Shown one piece after another: positions 25,560-35,922 of a DNA stretch of 56,367 bases. How positions within the stretch are numbered: position 1 is the first letter of the stretch; each line of letters opens with the position of its first letter. Location: positions 1-56,367 of the forward strand of contig JAUCBJ010001331.1 of NCBI GenBank assembly GCA_032718475.1, read 5' to 3'. The notes below the pieces were generated by a model, which saw nothing but the letters and a program-made list of their open reading frames with translations, was not told the DNA's origin and did not search any database. The translations under genes and the position numbers were made by a program. The stretch is from Nemertoderma westbladi. Taxonomy: Eukaryota; Animalia; Xenacoelomorpha.

Positions 25560-28500
25560 TTAAGTTGGGGAGTCCCTAGATGTTTGTTGGATTAGGGAGG
25601 TGGTCGTGGGAAGAGTATCTTGTCTCCCATAGTTTCCGGAGAGTTCTCTGTCTCTTTCCAGTAAACATAAACGTCCCACCGGGCGATTGAGCTGTTGGGT
25701 CTCAAAGACTATCCCTGGTTTCTTAAAGTTACGCCGCATGACGACGAGTTCTACTGATCGCACCAAACCATCGCTCGAGATATGAGTCTCGATGATACGT
25801 CCTGTTTGCCATCGCTTACGTGGGAGATCGGGGTCCACAATAAGCACCATGTCTCCAGCGCTGACGTTTTCTTGCTGCGCAAACCACTTAGTTCGAAGTT
25901 GTAAAGTGGGCAGGTAATGTTTCTCGAAATGGTCAGCGAAACGACGGGATAGCAACTGCATAAGTTGCCAGGTTCGACGGCAGTACTCGTCTCCGTCTGT
26001 GATCTCCGATCGTGGGAGCATGGCTACGGGTTTTTTCAGTAGAAAGTGCGCGGGTGTTAGCGCTTCCAGGGAATCAGGACTTGAAGAGACTGGCATAAGC
26101 GGTCTTTCATTGAGATAGGCGGCGATTTCCTCCATTAACGTCCGCAATAGTTCGTCGGTGAGATAAGCGCGACAAGGCACAATAAAGTGGAACGCAGTCT
26201 TCACGCTCCTAATCAATCTCTCCCAACTTCCTCCCCACCAAGGGGCGTCGGCGGCGTTGAAGGTCCAGCTAGACGCTGTTATCTTTAGCTGATCGTCCAC
26301 CTGTCTTTTGTTCCAGTCTTTTACGTAAGCTTGAATTTCGTTGTTGGCGCCAATGAAGTTCGTTCCCTTATCCGATCTCATCGTGTTACTGGTTCCGAAA
26401 CGAGCAATCTGTCGTCGTAAACTCAACACGAAGCTGTTGGTGGATAGATCGTTTACCATATCGAGATGGATAGCTCTACAAGTCATACAAACGAAGATGA
26501 CACACCATCTCTTGACTATAGTCCGGGCACGATATACTTCAATAGGGCCAAATAAATCCACACCGGTATTAGTAAAGGGTGGTTCATAAAAGCTTACTCT
26601 TTCCCTAGGTAATTCTGCCTCTCGCTGTGTCAAAGGCCTACTGAATGCTTTCCTACAGGGTATGCAGTTCCTAAGAACTTGGTTCAGAGCCCTACGGGGT
26701 TTATAAAAATAGTAGCGAGTTCGAATTTCGCTCAGAACTCGTTCTCTTCCAGCATGATACAGTTTGCTATGAACATCTACAATCATCTTGATTTGTATAT
26801 CAAGATTTCTAATGAGTATGGGAAACTTAGTGTCAAAGGATAATGGGGCGTTGGTAAGCCTGCCTCCAACACGTATTAACCCATCTATCATTGTACTAGA
26901 GAAGCGATCCCTTAAGCGCATCTGCGGATTTCTTAACAACAGGAAATACTTATCGGAATCCTCACAGCATTGTAGGAGTCTCAGCATCTGTTTGTTGGTT
27001 TCATCATGCTCCTGGTAACTGATCTTCTCCTTTAGAAACCTGTCGGATATCTTGTATTTAGGAAGATCTTTAACAACATGGACTCGTGCAGATGTTGATG
27101 GAGCATCATCACTATTGGTCTTTGTCCCGGAGTAACGATGATGAAAACATCGTTTTAAATAGGTGACGGCTTTACAGAGCCGATTCCAGGAGCTGTAGTG
27201 ACGTATCGCTCTCTGCAAGAGAGGTGAGAGTCCTTGCGCGATATCTGGTATTCCAGATTTCCAATCCTTGTCACGGATTTCCAAGACTTCTTTAGTCGTG
27301 GCGGTGGGTTTCTGATCCAAAGCATCCTCTCCGGAAGTAAATAATACAGATAGATCAACCGCAGGTTTAAACAACTTCGATTTACTCGCTCGAGTTTTGG
27401 GTTTAACTTTCTCCGCTCCCTTGGCCTGTCTGATTTCTGCTGTTGTGAGATGGGGAGGCCATTCTTCTTCTTCTCGGTAGAGAAAGTCGGGTCCACCTAA
27501 CCATTCGGGAGTATTTACCAATTCCTTTGGAGTCGCTCCTCGGGAAGCGATGTCTGCTGGATTAATCGTTCCGGGGCAATGTCTCCATTGGTCCATCGTC
27601 GTGCGACTAAGTATGATGGCTACTCTGTTGGTAACGAAGACGCTGAACTGACAGACTTCATTGGTTATATACTCTAACACGAGTAAAGCGTCGGTCCAAT
27701 AGACAGTTTTCTCTAATGGGTAGTCAATCTGTTCTGTTACATTCCGGCCGATGGCTGTAGCGTATAGAGCCGCTTTTAACTCCGCTCGAGGAACTTTCAA
27801 CTTGTTGTTGATTAATGCCTTAGAAGTAACCAAGGCGACTTTGATTCCATCCAGAGTTTCCACTCTGAGATAGGCTACTATACCTATTCCCATATCGCTG
27901 GCGTCTCCAAACACATGGAGTTGATAGGAATACGTAGGGAGAACATGACCAAAATAGGAACGGGAAATTATAAAATCCTCGATAGCCGGCAGAGAATCTT
28001 CCCATTTCATCCACTTCTTTAATAATTCTCCCTTAAGTGGATCGTCCCATGAGTGGTTTTCAAGCCACATTTGTTGTACCAAACTACGAGCAATCAATAT
28101 AACTGGGCTAATAAATCCCAATGGATCGAAATAAGTGCTCAGTATACTTAAGCAAATCCGTTTGGTTCGAACTGGATTATCTCGCTGTTTTAGCTGGAAA
28201 AACAGAATATCTCGCTCTGTGTCCCATTTCAAGCCGAGTGTCTTGGTTTCTGGCAGATCATCTTTGATCAAATCTAGATCTTTCGCCCCTCGATCTTCCG
28301 CAGGGATCGACTCCAGAAACTCACGGGAGTTGCTGGTGAATTTCGTTAATCGAAACCCACCTCTTTTTAAGCACTCTACCGTTCCTTTAGCGACCTCAAT
28401 GGCTTCCTCAACTGATGGGAGGGACTTCAGATTGTCGTCCATGTATATGTCTCTCTTGATGTTATCGATCACTTCCTTAGAGAAGGCCTCTCGGTTGTCC

Positions 28501-31500
28501 TCTGCAGTGGTACGCACTACCGAACAGGCGTTGGAAGGGCTTGAGATTATCCCAAAGGCCTGGATGGTCATCCAGTACTCCACCGGTTTCTGGTTGAGGT
28601 CTCCTTCGGGCCACCACAGAAATCGTAGACTATCTCGATCCCTATCCAACACTTTGACTTGTAAGAACATGCCTTCTATATCGGAGGCGAAAGCAATCGA
28701 ATATTGTCTCAATCTTAAAAGAATTCCCAACAAAGATTGAAGCAAGTTGGGTCCAGGTAACAATTCAGAGTTAAGGGATTGACCCATGTAAAGAGCGGAG
28801 CCATCAAACACTACTCTCACTTCATGTGGTTTACCGGGTTTAGGAACGTAATGGTGAGTTAAGTAATACGTTCTTTCAGTCGCAGGTGTTTCTTCCGGTA
28901 CTCTCTCCGCGTATCCTTTACTAATAAATTTCTCCAGCTGTGTTTGATACATTGCTTTAGCTGAAGAATTAGCCGTAAGGCGTCGATGGAGTTGCGCGAT
29001 TCTTTTTTCCGCCAAGGGTTTGTTATTGATGAACTTCGGTTCTCTCTTGCGGAAAGGTAGACCGACTTCATACCTACCTTGATCTTTGAGGAAACGCGTA
29101 GTGGTTTCTTGGATCTGCTTGGCCCTTTTCTCTTCCACCGACAAGGCTTTATCGTAGGAATTGGGCTCTACCGCCTCTTGCGTAAAGAATCGTACGGCAT
29201 GTTCATCTCGAGTCTTGGCATTGCAACGCTCAATAACGTCATTTAACTCGTCGTTATAAGCTTCTCGTTCAGATGGATAGAGAAGTTGACATAAGTTCAC
29301 TTGGGTTTGCCAAGCCTCGTTTTCCTTAAGGAGATCGATGGTATTCTCCTCATCAAAAAGCTGGTGAACGTCGTCGTTATCTGAGGAGTATGGAGTTCCC
29401 TCAGTTAAGTTGTCTCCCTCACTGGTATCATCTTCCCATTCACTCACCTGGCAGACGTGCTCTTGCGGTAGTCTTTCTCTGAGTGTTCTACGGGAAGGGC
29501 CAGTAAAGTACCAACCTACTCTAGTTCTTACCGCATAGGTCTGTAGTGGCTGCGGTTGAGCAGGCCGTTTCTCTAATGTCTCCAGCGCCTCGTGCGCGTT
29601 TTGGCCGATGAGTATTTGCACTCCAGGATAATCAGTCTGGAATCGAGGTATGTTAAGATGTTGGATGCTCTCATCCTCGTCCCAATTATAAAGGTCTGCT
29701 TGAGTAGTAGCGAAGTTCTTTATAGCCACCATTTTCACTGACCTTATGCTATTTTCTCCTAGTTCGTCCTGGGGGGTGGACAACGCTCCTACATAATAAT
29801 CTGCTGTTATTGTAGATTTCCAAACTTGCATAATGCCGGACATGTTGAGCTTAGTTTGGAACTTGGGTTGTCCAGCGAAGATGTCTTCGGCTAGTTCTTT
29901 ATCAATGAATGTTCCTGTGCTGCCGGAGTCCAGGAGGGCGTTGACTATATAGCTCCTTTGAGGTCCATGGACCCGTAACTGGACTACAGGAAATTCTCGG
30001 ATTCCTACATTGGAAGTTGGTGCTTTCCACGATAGTTGTCGGTCAGAAGTAGTTAGAATGAAGTCGCTGTCTGTATCTTTTTCATATGTGAGTGCTCGAT
30101 ACACTGCGGCATTTATCATGTAACAGGATTCGTTTTCGTCGGAGAACTCGTCCGTATAGAATCCTTCCATCTCAGATTGATCAGTGTCGTTCACATCACT
30201 GAATTGGACATGTAGTTCGGAATCACTTACCTGATTAGGACTATTTCGATCGAATTCAGCGTGCAACAAGATATGATGTTTCGCACCACACTTTGCACAC
30301 CTTATGTCTGAGTAACAGGTTCGCCGTTGATGTCCTTGTCTGAGGCAGTTATAACACAACCGCTTGTCCCACATGACTTCACGCCTCTCAGTTAATGATT
30401 TCTTTAGAAATTCATCACACCTATTCAAATGGTGGGTCCCGTCACACAGCGCACATTTCGGTTTGATGTTACTTACCTTATTTTGAGTCACATTGTGTAC
30501 ACTTGCCTTTTCTTCGGGCTTTCTCACCGGAATTCTCTTGGGAGACGTGGGAGGAGTTTTTCTTACCTGTTCTCTCCTGTCATTTGCTCGAGACTTGAAT
30601 TTACTTACCTGATCTTTAGGCATTTTATTGACATAATAAGATCTATCGGTGTCTTTCCCGCTATCTTCTCCTTGAGAAGTCTGGCTTTCGCCGTCGTCTG
30701 TATAACACACTGGTGTTACCTTTCTCCTAGAGACGGGTTTTTCACTTACCTTGTTTTCCGGTGTCTTCTCTCTGGACAGTTTCAGGAGCTGTAATTTCAC
30801 TTCTCCATCTAGGAATGACATGAGATCAGCCATGGTAGGATCTCGTCGTTGTTGTTCCATCATATATAACACTTTCTTATCCCAGCGTGTACCTACCCCA
30901 CCTTTCGGTAAAGTAGAAGCCACAGCTCCAATGACCATAGAACTTTGGTATTCATGAGACTTACCTAACCAATCTAATTGTCTACAGATCTCTTGAATCT
31001 CATCGGAAAACTCTATTATCCCGCTGCTGATGAACTTTCTGGGCGCTACTAATTTTGCATATAAATACTTAGCGATATTATTCCTATTACCATACCTGAT
31101 GTTTAGTGTGTCCCAAACTTGTCTTAATCCGTCTGGATGTCCAATAAACTTTAACGCCATTAACTTGGGAGATCCTTCCAAGCACTCGATGAGGTATCTA
31201 AGTTTTTCTCCATTAGATAGTACAGAGTTCTGTATGTTATCTTTGTAATATTCATTAAAAGGTAACCATTTCATCTCATCTCCATTGAACTTGACGATCT
31301 CTCCCACCTTTACCGCTTGCCGGGCTTTGGTTCTAGCCATTTGACGCGTAAAACTTTCTTGGGCCATCGTGTTATTTAATATCGAGTTATCGGTATATAA
31401 ATTTCTCGGATTATGATCAGTTCTATATGGAATATCATTATCAACAGGTCTATAATTACCCTTAATAGGGTTCACTATAGGAGTTTCTACTTCGCTAGCA

Positions 31501-33656
31501 GTATAGATGCGTGTAGGCTCCACACCTTGCGCATGAGATACTTCAGACCTAACAGGTTGACACATTGTTACAGGGGGTGGTGGTATACCCTTTTGTAAAT
31601 TTACTAATTTATCGCGTTCTAGCGCGATATTTTGCTGCACTTCTTGCAACTCTAGCCTACTTTCCCTTACTGAGCCCTTTAACTGTTGAACAGTCCCTTC
31701 TAACTCTCGGACCTGTTGAGAGGAGCGTGCTTGATTCTCCTCCATCTTTCCGAGGAGAATGTCCATCCCCTGCCGTCTCTCGTCCACCCAATCAACCGCC
31801 GAAACGGGATCCGCCAACGTCGTAGCGGACGGACGAGGGACAACGGGCGACAAATCAGGAATATTTCGCTCGGGGTCCAGGACCTGAACTGTCTCCTGGG
31901 CAGTTCTACTGGGCACAGGTAGCTTAGTGCTATGCAGAGGGAATTTAGAGGTAGCTTCAGGGAGCACAGGTGTGTCTATCACCGAAGGGGTGATTTCAAA
32001 AACAGGCCTAATTATTTCAGGCTCATCTACTATAGTAGGGAGTCTTTCTATTTTAATTATTTGGTCTGTGGGCTCTGTACTACCTAAGTTGGTGTTATTT
32101 AGTTGCCTTCTAACAGCTGGAGGCAAATCAGGCAATTTCTGACGGTGGAATGTTCTTTTACGTCTACTTAGACGAGATCTATTTCCTTTGCCTTCAGTAT
32201 CGGTGGTATCGCCTTCCTCAGATGATGTATATCCCTGTCTTTTGGGAGTAGATCGATTCATCATCTGCATATTACTAGCTGTTAACTGTTTATTTAGGCA
32301 GTCTTGATTCTCCTGAATGCTTTCCAATTCTAATTGGGTGGTTTCTTCAATCGCTCTCCGTTCGGCTTCTGCCACTGCCTCTGCGGCCTTTCTTTCTGCC
32401 GCTGCTTCTGCCGCTGCCTCTGCCGCTGCCGCCTTTCTTTCCGCTTCGGCCGATGCCACTGCTGCTGCTACTGCCGCTGCCTTTCTGTCTTCTATACGTT
32501 TTTTCTTTACTTGTTCTTCTTGGACTCGTGTCAGGCGGAGTTGTTCATCAAATTTGGCCTGATTTGCAGCCCTCATTTCCACATCGATGGCATCCAACAC
32601 AAGCTTGGTTCCTTCACTATTAGGGCTAAGTCCCTCTAACCTTCTCCTCAACTCGTCATCACCTAAAAAACGTTGATAGTCTGACAGATAGATGTCAATG
32701 GCATCCCTCTTATGCGGTTTCTCTGCCGTCGCTTCACTTTCCACTTGGGAAAAAGTAGCGTCTGTTGATTCTCCATGGGTTGAGCGCTCCTCCAGCTGAG
32801 CTTTCCACTGAGCTGTTCCTTGAACCTGGAGACTCACCCTTTGAAACCAGGTCTTTACGGCAACTTGCAACGACGTGTCTTGCCTTCGTTTAGAAGCCTC
32901 TTCAAAGGCCGATAATATTAGCCTGATTCGTAGAATTCTTTCTCTCACTTGATAAAGCAGTTGTCCCTGCTCTTGAGGTCCTTGTGGTTGTTGAAACAGT
33001 TGTCCTTTTACTCGCTCCATAGAGCTGAAGAATCCTTGTGCGTATCCGGCTGCGGACCTCTTCCATACAGCTGGATCGATGGTTTCCCTGGCTACTCCCA
33101 TCCGGTGTATGTCTTCCCAGGCAGCTTCTGATAAATCAAACGGGAGTCCGGGTCCGGGGAAGTTCCATTGCGACTCAACCATGGACTTCAGTTCTTCCCT
33201 TGTATACCCAGCATAACTATCTCTCGTTGAGCGCTGACTTCTCGCCCAATCGATCTGGTGTTCTTCCACCGCGATCAATAACCTAGTGAGTACGGCTGCA
33301 GGAAGGATGAGAAGGGGATCTGAATAAGCCTCATCCGTCATCCTTGCTCCGCGTTCGGGTGTCAGTTCTACCGTATCTTCACTACTGGAGCTGTCGGGCC
33401 GCTGAGAAATAAGTTCTTGGCTCGCGGGTTGTTGCTGTTCCGCTGCTTCTTGGTTCCGCTTGACCTGAGCTCGAGTGCCTATGATAGACCTACGATGTTG
33501 GACCAGCCTAGGTTCTGTTATTACTACAGGAGGGATGACTTTCCTCACAGTGGGGGGTGAACTGAACTTACGACTAGACGGTTCTACGCCTCTATCTGAG
33601 TCGCAGATAGTTACATCTAATAAACTGTCTGACAGGTTCTGCTTAGTATCAGACAT
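25560..33656 (-). CDS. BEL/Pao Gag-Pol polyprotein (2698 aa): long N-terminal extension, capsid-like region, three Cys/His knuckles, aspartic protease, RT, RNase H, integrase
   Basis: KFNGDEMKW..F capsid-region motif; CALCDGTHHLNRC / CYNCLRQGHQRRTC / CAKCGAKHHILLH triple knuckle typical of BEL/Pao; ALLDSGS; SDIEGMFLQV and YMDD; HVFGDAS, VPRAEL, YWTD, NPADIASRG; H-x4-H...CIPC, GVDLFGP, SDKGTNF, WERLIRSVK. Confidence 0.98.
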   Translation of the reverse strand: MSDTKQNLSDSLLDVTICDSDRGVEPSSRKFSSPPTVRKVIPPVVITEPRLVQHRRSIIGTRAQVKRNQEAAEQQQPASQELISQRPDSSSSEDTVELTPERGARMTDEAYSDPLLILPAAVLTRLLIAVEEHQIDWARSQRSTRDSYAGYTREELKSMVESQWNFPGPGLPFDLSEAAWEDIHRMGVARETIDPAVWKRSAAGYAQGFFSSMERVKGQLFQQPQGPQEQGQLLYQVRERILRIRLILSAFEEASKRRQDTSLQVAVKTWFQRVSLQVQGTAQWKAQLEERSTHGESTDATFSQVESEATAEKPHKRDAIDIYLSDYQRFLGDDELRRRLEGLSPNSEGTKLVLDAIDVEMRAANQAKFDEQLRLTRVQEEQVKKKRIEDRKAAAVAAAVASAEAERKAAAAEAAAEAAAERKAAEAVAEAERRAIEETTQLELESIQENQDCLNKQLTASNMQMMNRSTPKRQGYTSSEEGDTTDTEGKGNRSRLSRRKRTFHRQKLPDLPPAVRRQLNNTNLGSTEPTDQIIKIERLPTIVDEPEIIRPVFEITPSVIDTPVLPEATSKFPLHSTKLPVPSRTAQETVQVLDPERNIPDLSPVVPRPSATTLADPVSAVDWVDERRQGMDILLGKMEENQARSSQQVRELEGTVQQLKGSVRESRLELQEVQQNIALERDKLVNLQKGIPPPPVTMCQPVRSEVSHAQGVEPTRIYTASEVETPIVNPIKGNYRPVDNDIPYRTDHNPRNLYTDNSILNNTMAQESFTRQMARTKARQAVKVGEIVKFNGDEMKWLPFNEYYKDNIQNSVLSNGEKLRYLIECLEGSPKLMALKFIGHPDGLRQVWDTLNIRYGNRNNIAKYLYAKLVAPRKFISSGIIEFSDEIQEICRQLDWLGKSHEYQSSMVIGAVASTLPKGGVGTRWDKKVLYMMEQQRRDPTMADLMSFLDGEVKLQLLKLSREKTPENKVSEKPVSRRKVTPVCYTDDGESQTSQGEDSGKDTDRSYYVNKMPKDQVSKFKSRANDRREQVRKTPPTSPKRIPVRKPEEKASVHNVTQNKVSNIKPKCALCDGTHHLNRCDEFLKKSLTERREVMWDKRLCYNCLRQGHQRRTCYSDIRCAKCGAKHHILLHAEFDRNSPNQVSDSELHVQFSDVNDTDQSEMEGFYTDEFSDENESCYMINAAVYRALTYEKDTDSDFILTTSDRQLSWKAPTSNVGIREFPVVQLRVHGPQRSYIVNALLDSGSTGTFIDKELAEDIFAGQPKFQTKLNMSGIMQVWKSTITADYYVGALSTPQDELGENSIRSVKMVAIKNFATTQADLYNWDEDESIQHLNIPRFQTDYPGVQILIGQNAHEALETLEKRPAQPQPLQTYAVRTRVGWYFTGPSRRTLRERLPQEHVCQVSEWEDDTSEGDNLTEGTPYSSDNDDVHQLFDEENTIDLLKENEAWQTQVNLCQLLYPSEREAYNDELNDVIERCNAKTRDEHAVRFFTQEAVEPNSYDKALSVEEKRAKQIQETTTRFLKDQGRYEVGLPFRKREPKFINNKPLAEKRIAQLHRRLTANSSAKAMYQTQLEKFISKGYAERVPEETPATERTYYLTHHYVPKPGKPHEVRVVFDGSALYMGQSLNSELLPGPNLLQSLLGILLRLRQYSIAFASDIEGMFLQVKVLDRDRDSLRFLWWPEGDLNQKPVEYWMTIQAFGIISSPSNACSVVRTTAEDNREAFSKEVIDNIKRDIYMDDNLKSLPSVEEAIEVAKGTVECLKRGGFRLTKFTSNSREFLESIPAEDRGAKDLDLIKDDLPETKTLGLKWDTERDILFFQLKQRDNPVRTKRICLSILSTYFDPLGFISPVILIARSLVQQMWLENHSWDDPLKGELLKKWMKWEDSLPAIEDFIISRSYFGHVLPTYSYQLHVFGDASDMGIGIVAYLRVETLDGIKVALVTSKALINNKLKVPRAELKAALYATAIGRNVTEQIDYPLEKTVYWTDALLVLEYITNEVCQFSVFVTNRVAIILSRTTMDQWRHCPGTINPADIASRGATPKELVNTPEWLGGPDFLYREEEEWPPHLTTAEIRQAKGAEKVKPKTRASKSKLFKPAVDLSVLFTSGEDALDQKPTATTKEVLEIRDKDWKSGIPDIAQGLSPLLQRAIRHYSSWNRLCKAVTYLKRCFHHRYSGTKTNSDDAPSTSARVHVVKDLPKYKISDRFLKEKISYQEHDETNKQMLRLLQCCEDSDKYFLLLRNPQMRLRDRFSSTMIDGLIRVGGRLTNAPLSFDTKFPILIRNLDIQIKMIVDVHSKLYHAGRERVLSEIRTRYYFYKPRRALNQVLRNCIPCRKAFSRPLTQREAELPRERVSFYEPPFTNTGVDLFGPIEVYRARTIVKRWCVIFVCMTCRAIHLDMVNDLSTNSFVLSLRRQIARFGTSNTMRSDKGTNFIGANNEIQAYVKDWNKRQVDDQLKITASSWTFNAADAPWWGGSWERLIRSVKTAFHFIVPCRAYLTDELLRTLMEEIAAYLNERPLMPVSSSPDSLEALTPAHFLLKKPVAMLPRSEITDGDEYCRRTWQLMQLLSRRFADHFEKHYLPTLQLRTKWFAQQENVSAGDMVLIVDPDLPRKRWQTGRIIETHISSDGLVRSVELVVMRRNFKKPGIVFETQQLNRPVGRLCLLERDRELSGNYGRQDTLPTTTSLIQQTSRDSPT

Positions 33657-34980
33657 GTTTATGTATACAGTTGAATGTCTACTGCTGTATTACAGTATGA
33701 GCAAGTCTAGTAACTCAGTATTAACTGCTAGCCTAGTAATTAATTACCGATACTGCTACTCAGTGTAGTAGGATATATATATATTATATTAGAATACCGG
33801 TATGCTTATAGTATATATAATTATATAAGTATTATTACAGACTAGGTTTATCACAGAATACCGGTATAATTTTAGCACAAATATATATAAATATATAATA
33901 GGCCTATCGGGAATACCGGTATACAGCTTACAGTTTATAGTATATATAATTCTGGACTAGAATTACTTACAGGTACCGGTATAATTTCAGCCGAAACTTA
34001 TAGAAATAAAGATAATAGGCCTATCGTAAATACCGATATATCAATTATTTTAAAAATAACTGAATTTCTGAATTTCAAGGGTTACTTGGTTACTTTACTT
34101 ACTTTATTACCGTTATTGGAGCAGTAATCCAACTGATATTGAGACCTAATGGTTGTATGGTAGGCCTACTATTTATAAATCGTTAGATTTGATTTATAAT
34201 ATATATATACCCGTTTTAATGGGTTTTGTCGATGTTTGAAATAAATGTTATTATTTCTGGGGAGTAATCACTACACAAAGCGGTGCGCTTTCAGTGAAGT
34301 GTTACTTATAGGACACTAAAACAAATAATACTAATTTACCTAAGTTACTTAATACTACAAATTACGTACAATTCGGGTTGAGATTACAATCTCTAAATAA
34401 ACACAAAATTTTACAAAAACACAAAATACGAATTTTTAGGGTAATTTTACAAGAAGTCTACAAACCAGCCTAACAAAGGGTTAGAATCTAGTTATTACAA
34501 CGGACAGGGTACTGCGGTATTTGAAAATAATACGCGGTAGTAAATACACTGCGTTGTCCAGATAGGAAAATACCACCGCCTGACGACCTATAGCTGTATC
34601 GCTATAGGTTCTACGTTATGTATCACGGAGTGTTCCTACCTAGAAGTTAATAGAGCTAATCGAATGTGCCTATCAACCACTTTACAACACAAATATAATG
34701 CCTACCCCAATTACTTTCGGAAAGCACTGTACACTAAACCCTAAATTAGGTACGAGTACTTGTATAACAGATAATCAGTAGTTAAAAATACTTGAACAGC
34801 TAAAAGAACCACGGCATCTGCTGGAGTGACCGATGCACAAAATCACCAGTCTTTACCTACGCCAAGCAGCCCGTGTAGTACCGGGGTTAATTTAACTATA
34901 GCGGTATGTATAACAAACACAATTATTGCAGGAACAAACTTGGGGAATGAATGTTGCGAATAATCGCATAAACTCTGAAT

Positions 34981-35546
34981 AATAAATATTACGCTACGCG
35001 TACAAACCACTCAAACAAAATGCAGACTAAATACTGACAGACTACTATCAAGCCTAAATAAACTACAGGACATGCAGACTCCGAAATGATTAGGTAGTAT
35101 GCGTTCTAACCCAGTAGTACGACTTATTCTTTAATTGGGGGTTTACTTTACAGCAATGGCTACCCCTACTTCCCAACCGTTCTTTATCGGACAAGGGCTC
35201 TACACACACTGCAATCCGTTCAGACCTAATAACAGCCAGACAACTATCCAGCCTACAAATTATCTAAATAAATATTATACGCTACCTGTACAGACTACAC
35301 AAACAAAGTACAGACCAAACGATGGCAGACTACTCTCAAGCCTAAATAAACTACAGGACATGCAGACTCCGAAATAGTTAGATAGTATGCGTTCTAACCC
35401 AGTAGTACGACTTATTCTTTAATTGGGGGTTTACTTTACAGCAATGGCTACCCCTACTTCCCAACCGTTCTTTATCGGACAGGTGACCTACACACACTGC
35501 AATCCGTTCAGACTTAACAGCAATCAGACAACAGCTCAGCCTACAA
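34981..35546. repeat. 288-bp tandem duplication in the E2 leader
   Basis: GCGTTCTAACCCAGTAGTACGAC at 35101 and 35389. Confidence 0.85.
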
Positions 35547-35910
35547 CTTGTCTGTACAATATGATCAGGCTTACACGCCTTCTGTTCAATACTGGCCTAC
35601 AAACAAATAAAACTTGACAGAAATAAGTAAAAATCTCAATAAAAAACCAGGGCTGCAGTCCCTGATTAATTATTAAGGCCTACCGGTATATAATAATAAA
35701 AATCGAATAATACTGCTGTACTTATACGGGAAGTACCGGTTAGGACAGTTAGGCCTACCGACCTACTGAAGTACCGATTCTGGCAGTTGGACCTACGGGC
35801 CTACGGCAGTACCGGTTCTGGCAGTTGGGCCTACTGACCTACAGATGGACCGTTCAGGTTTACCGATTGACCGGTACTTTCAACTTTATTGCTTACTGCA
35901 ATAAAGAAGC

Positions 35911-35922
35911 TATATCCGTTAT
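35911..35922 (-). promoter_or_regulatory. E2 primer-binding site position, non-tRNA type (ATAACGGATATA)
   Basis: Abuts the 5' LTR; exact inverted repeat of LTR 36660-36671. Confidence 0.8.
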
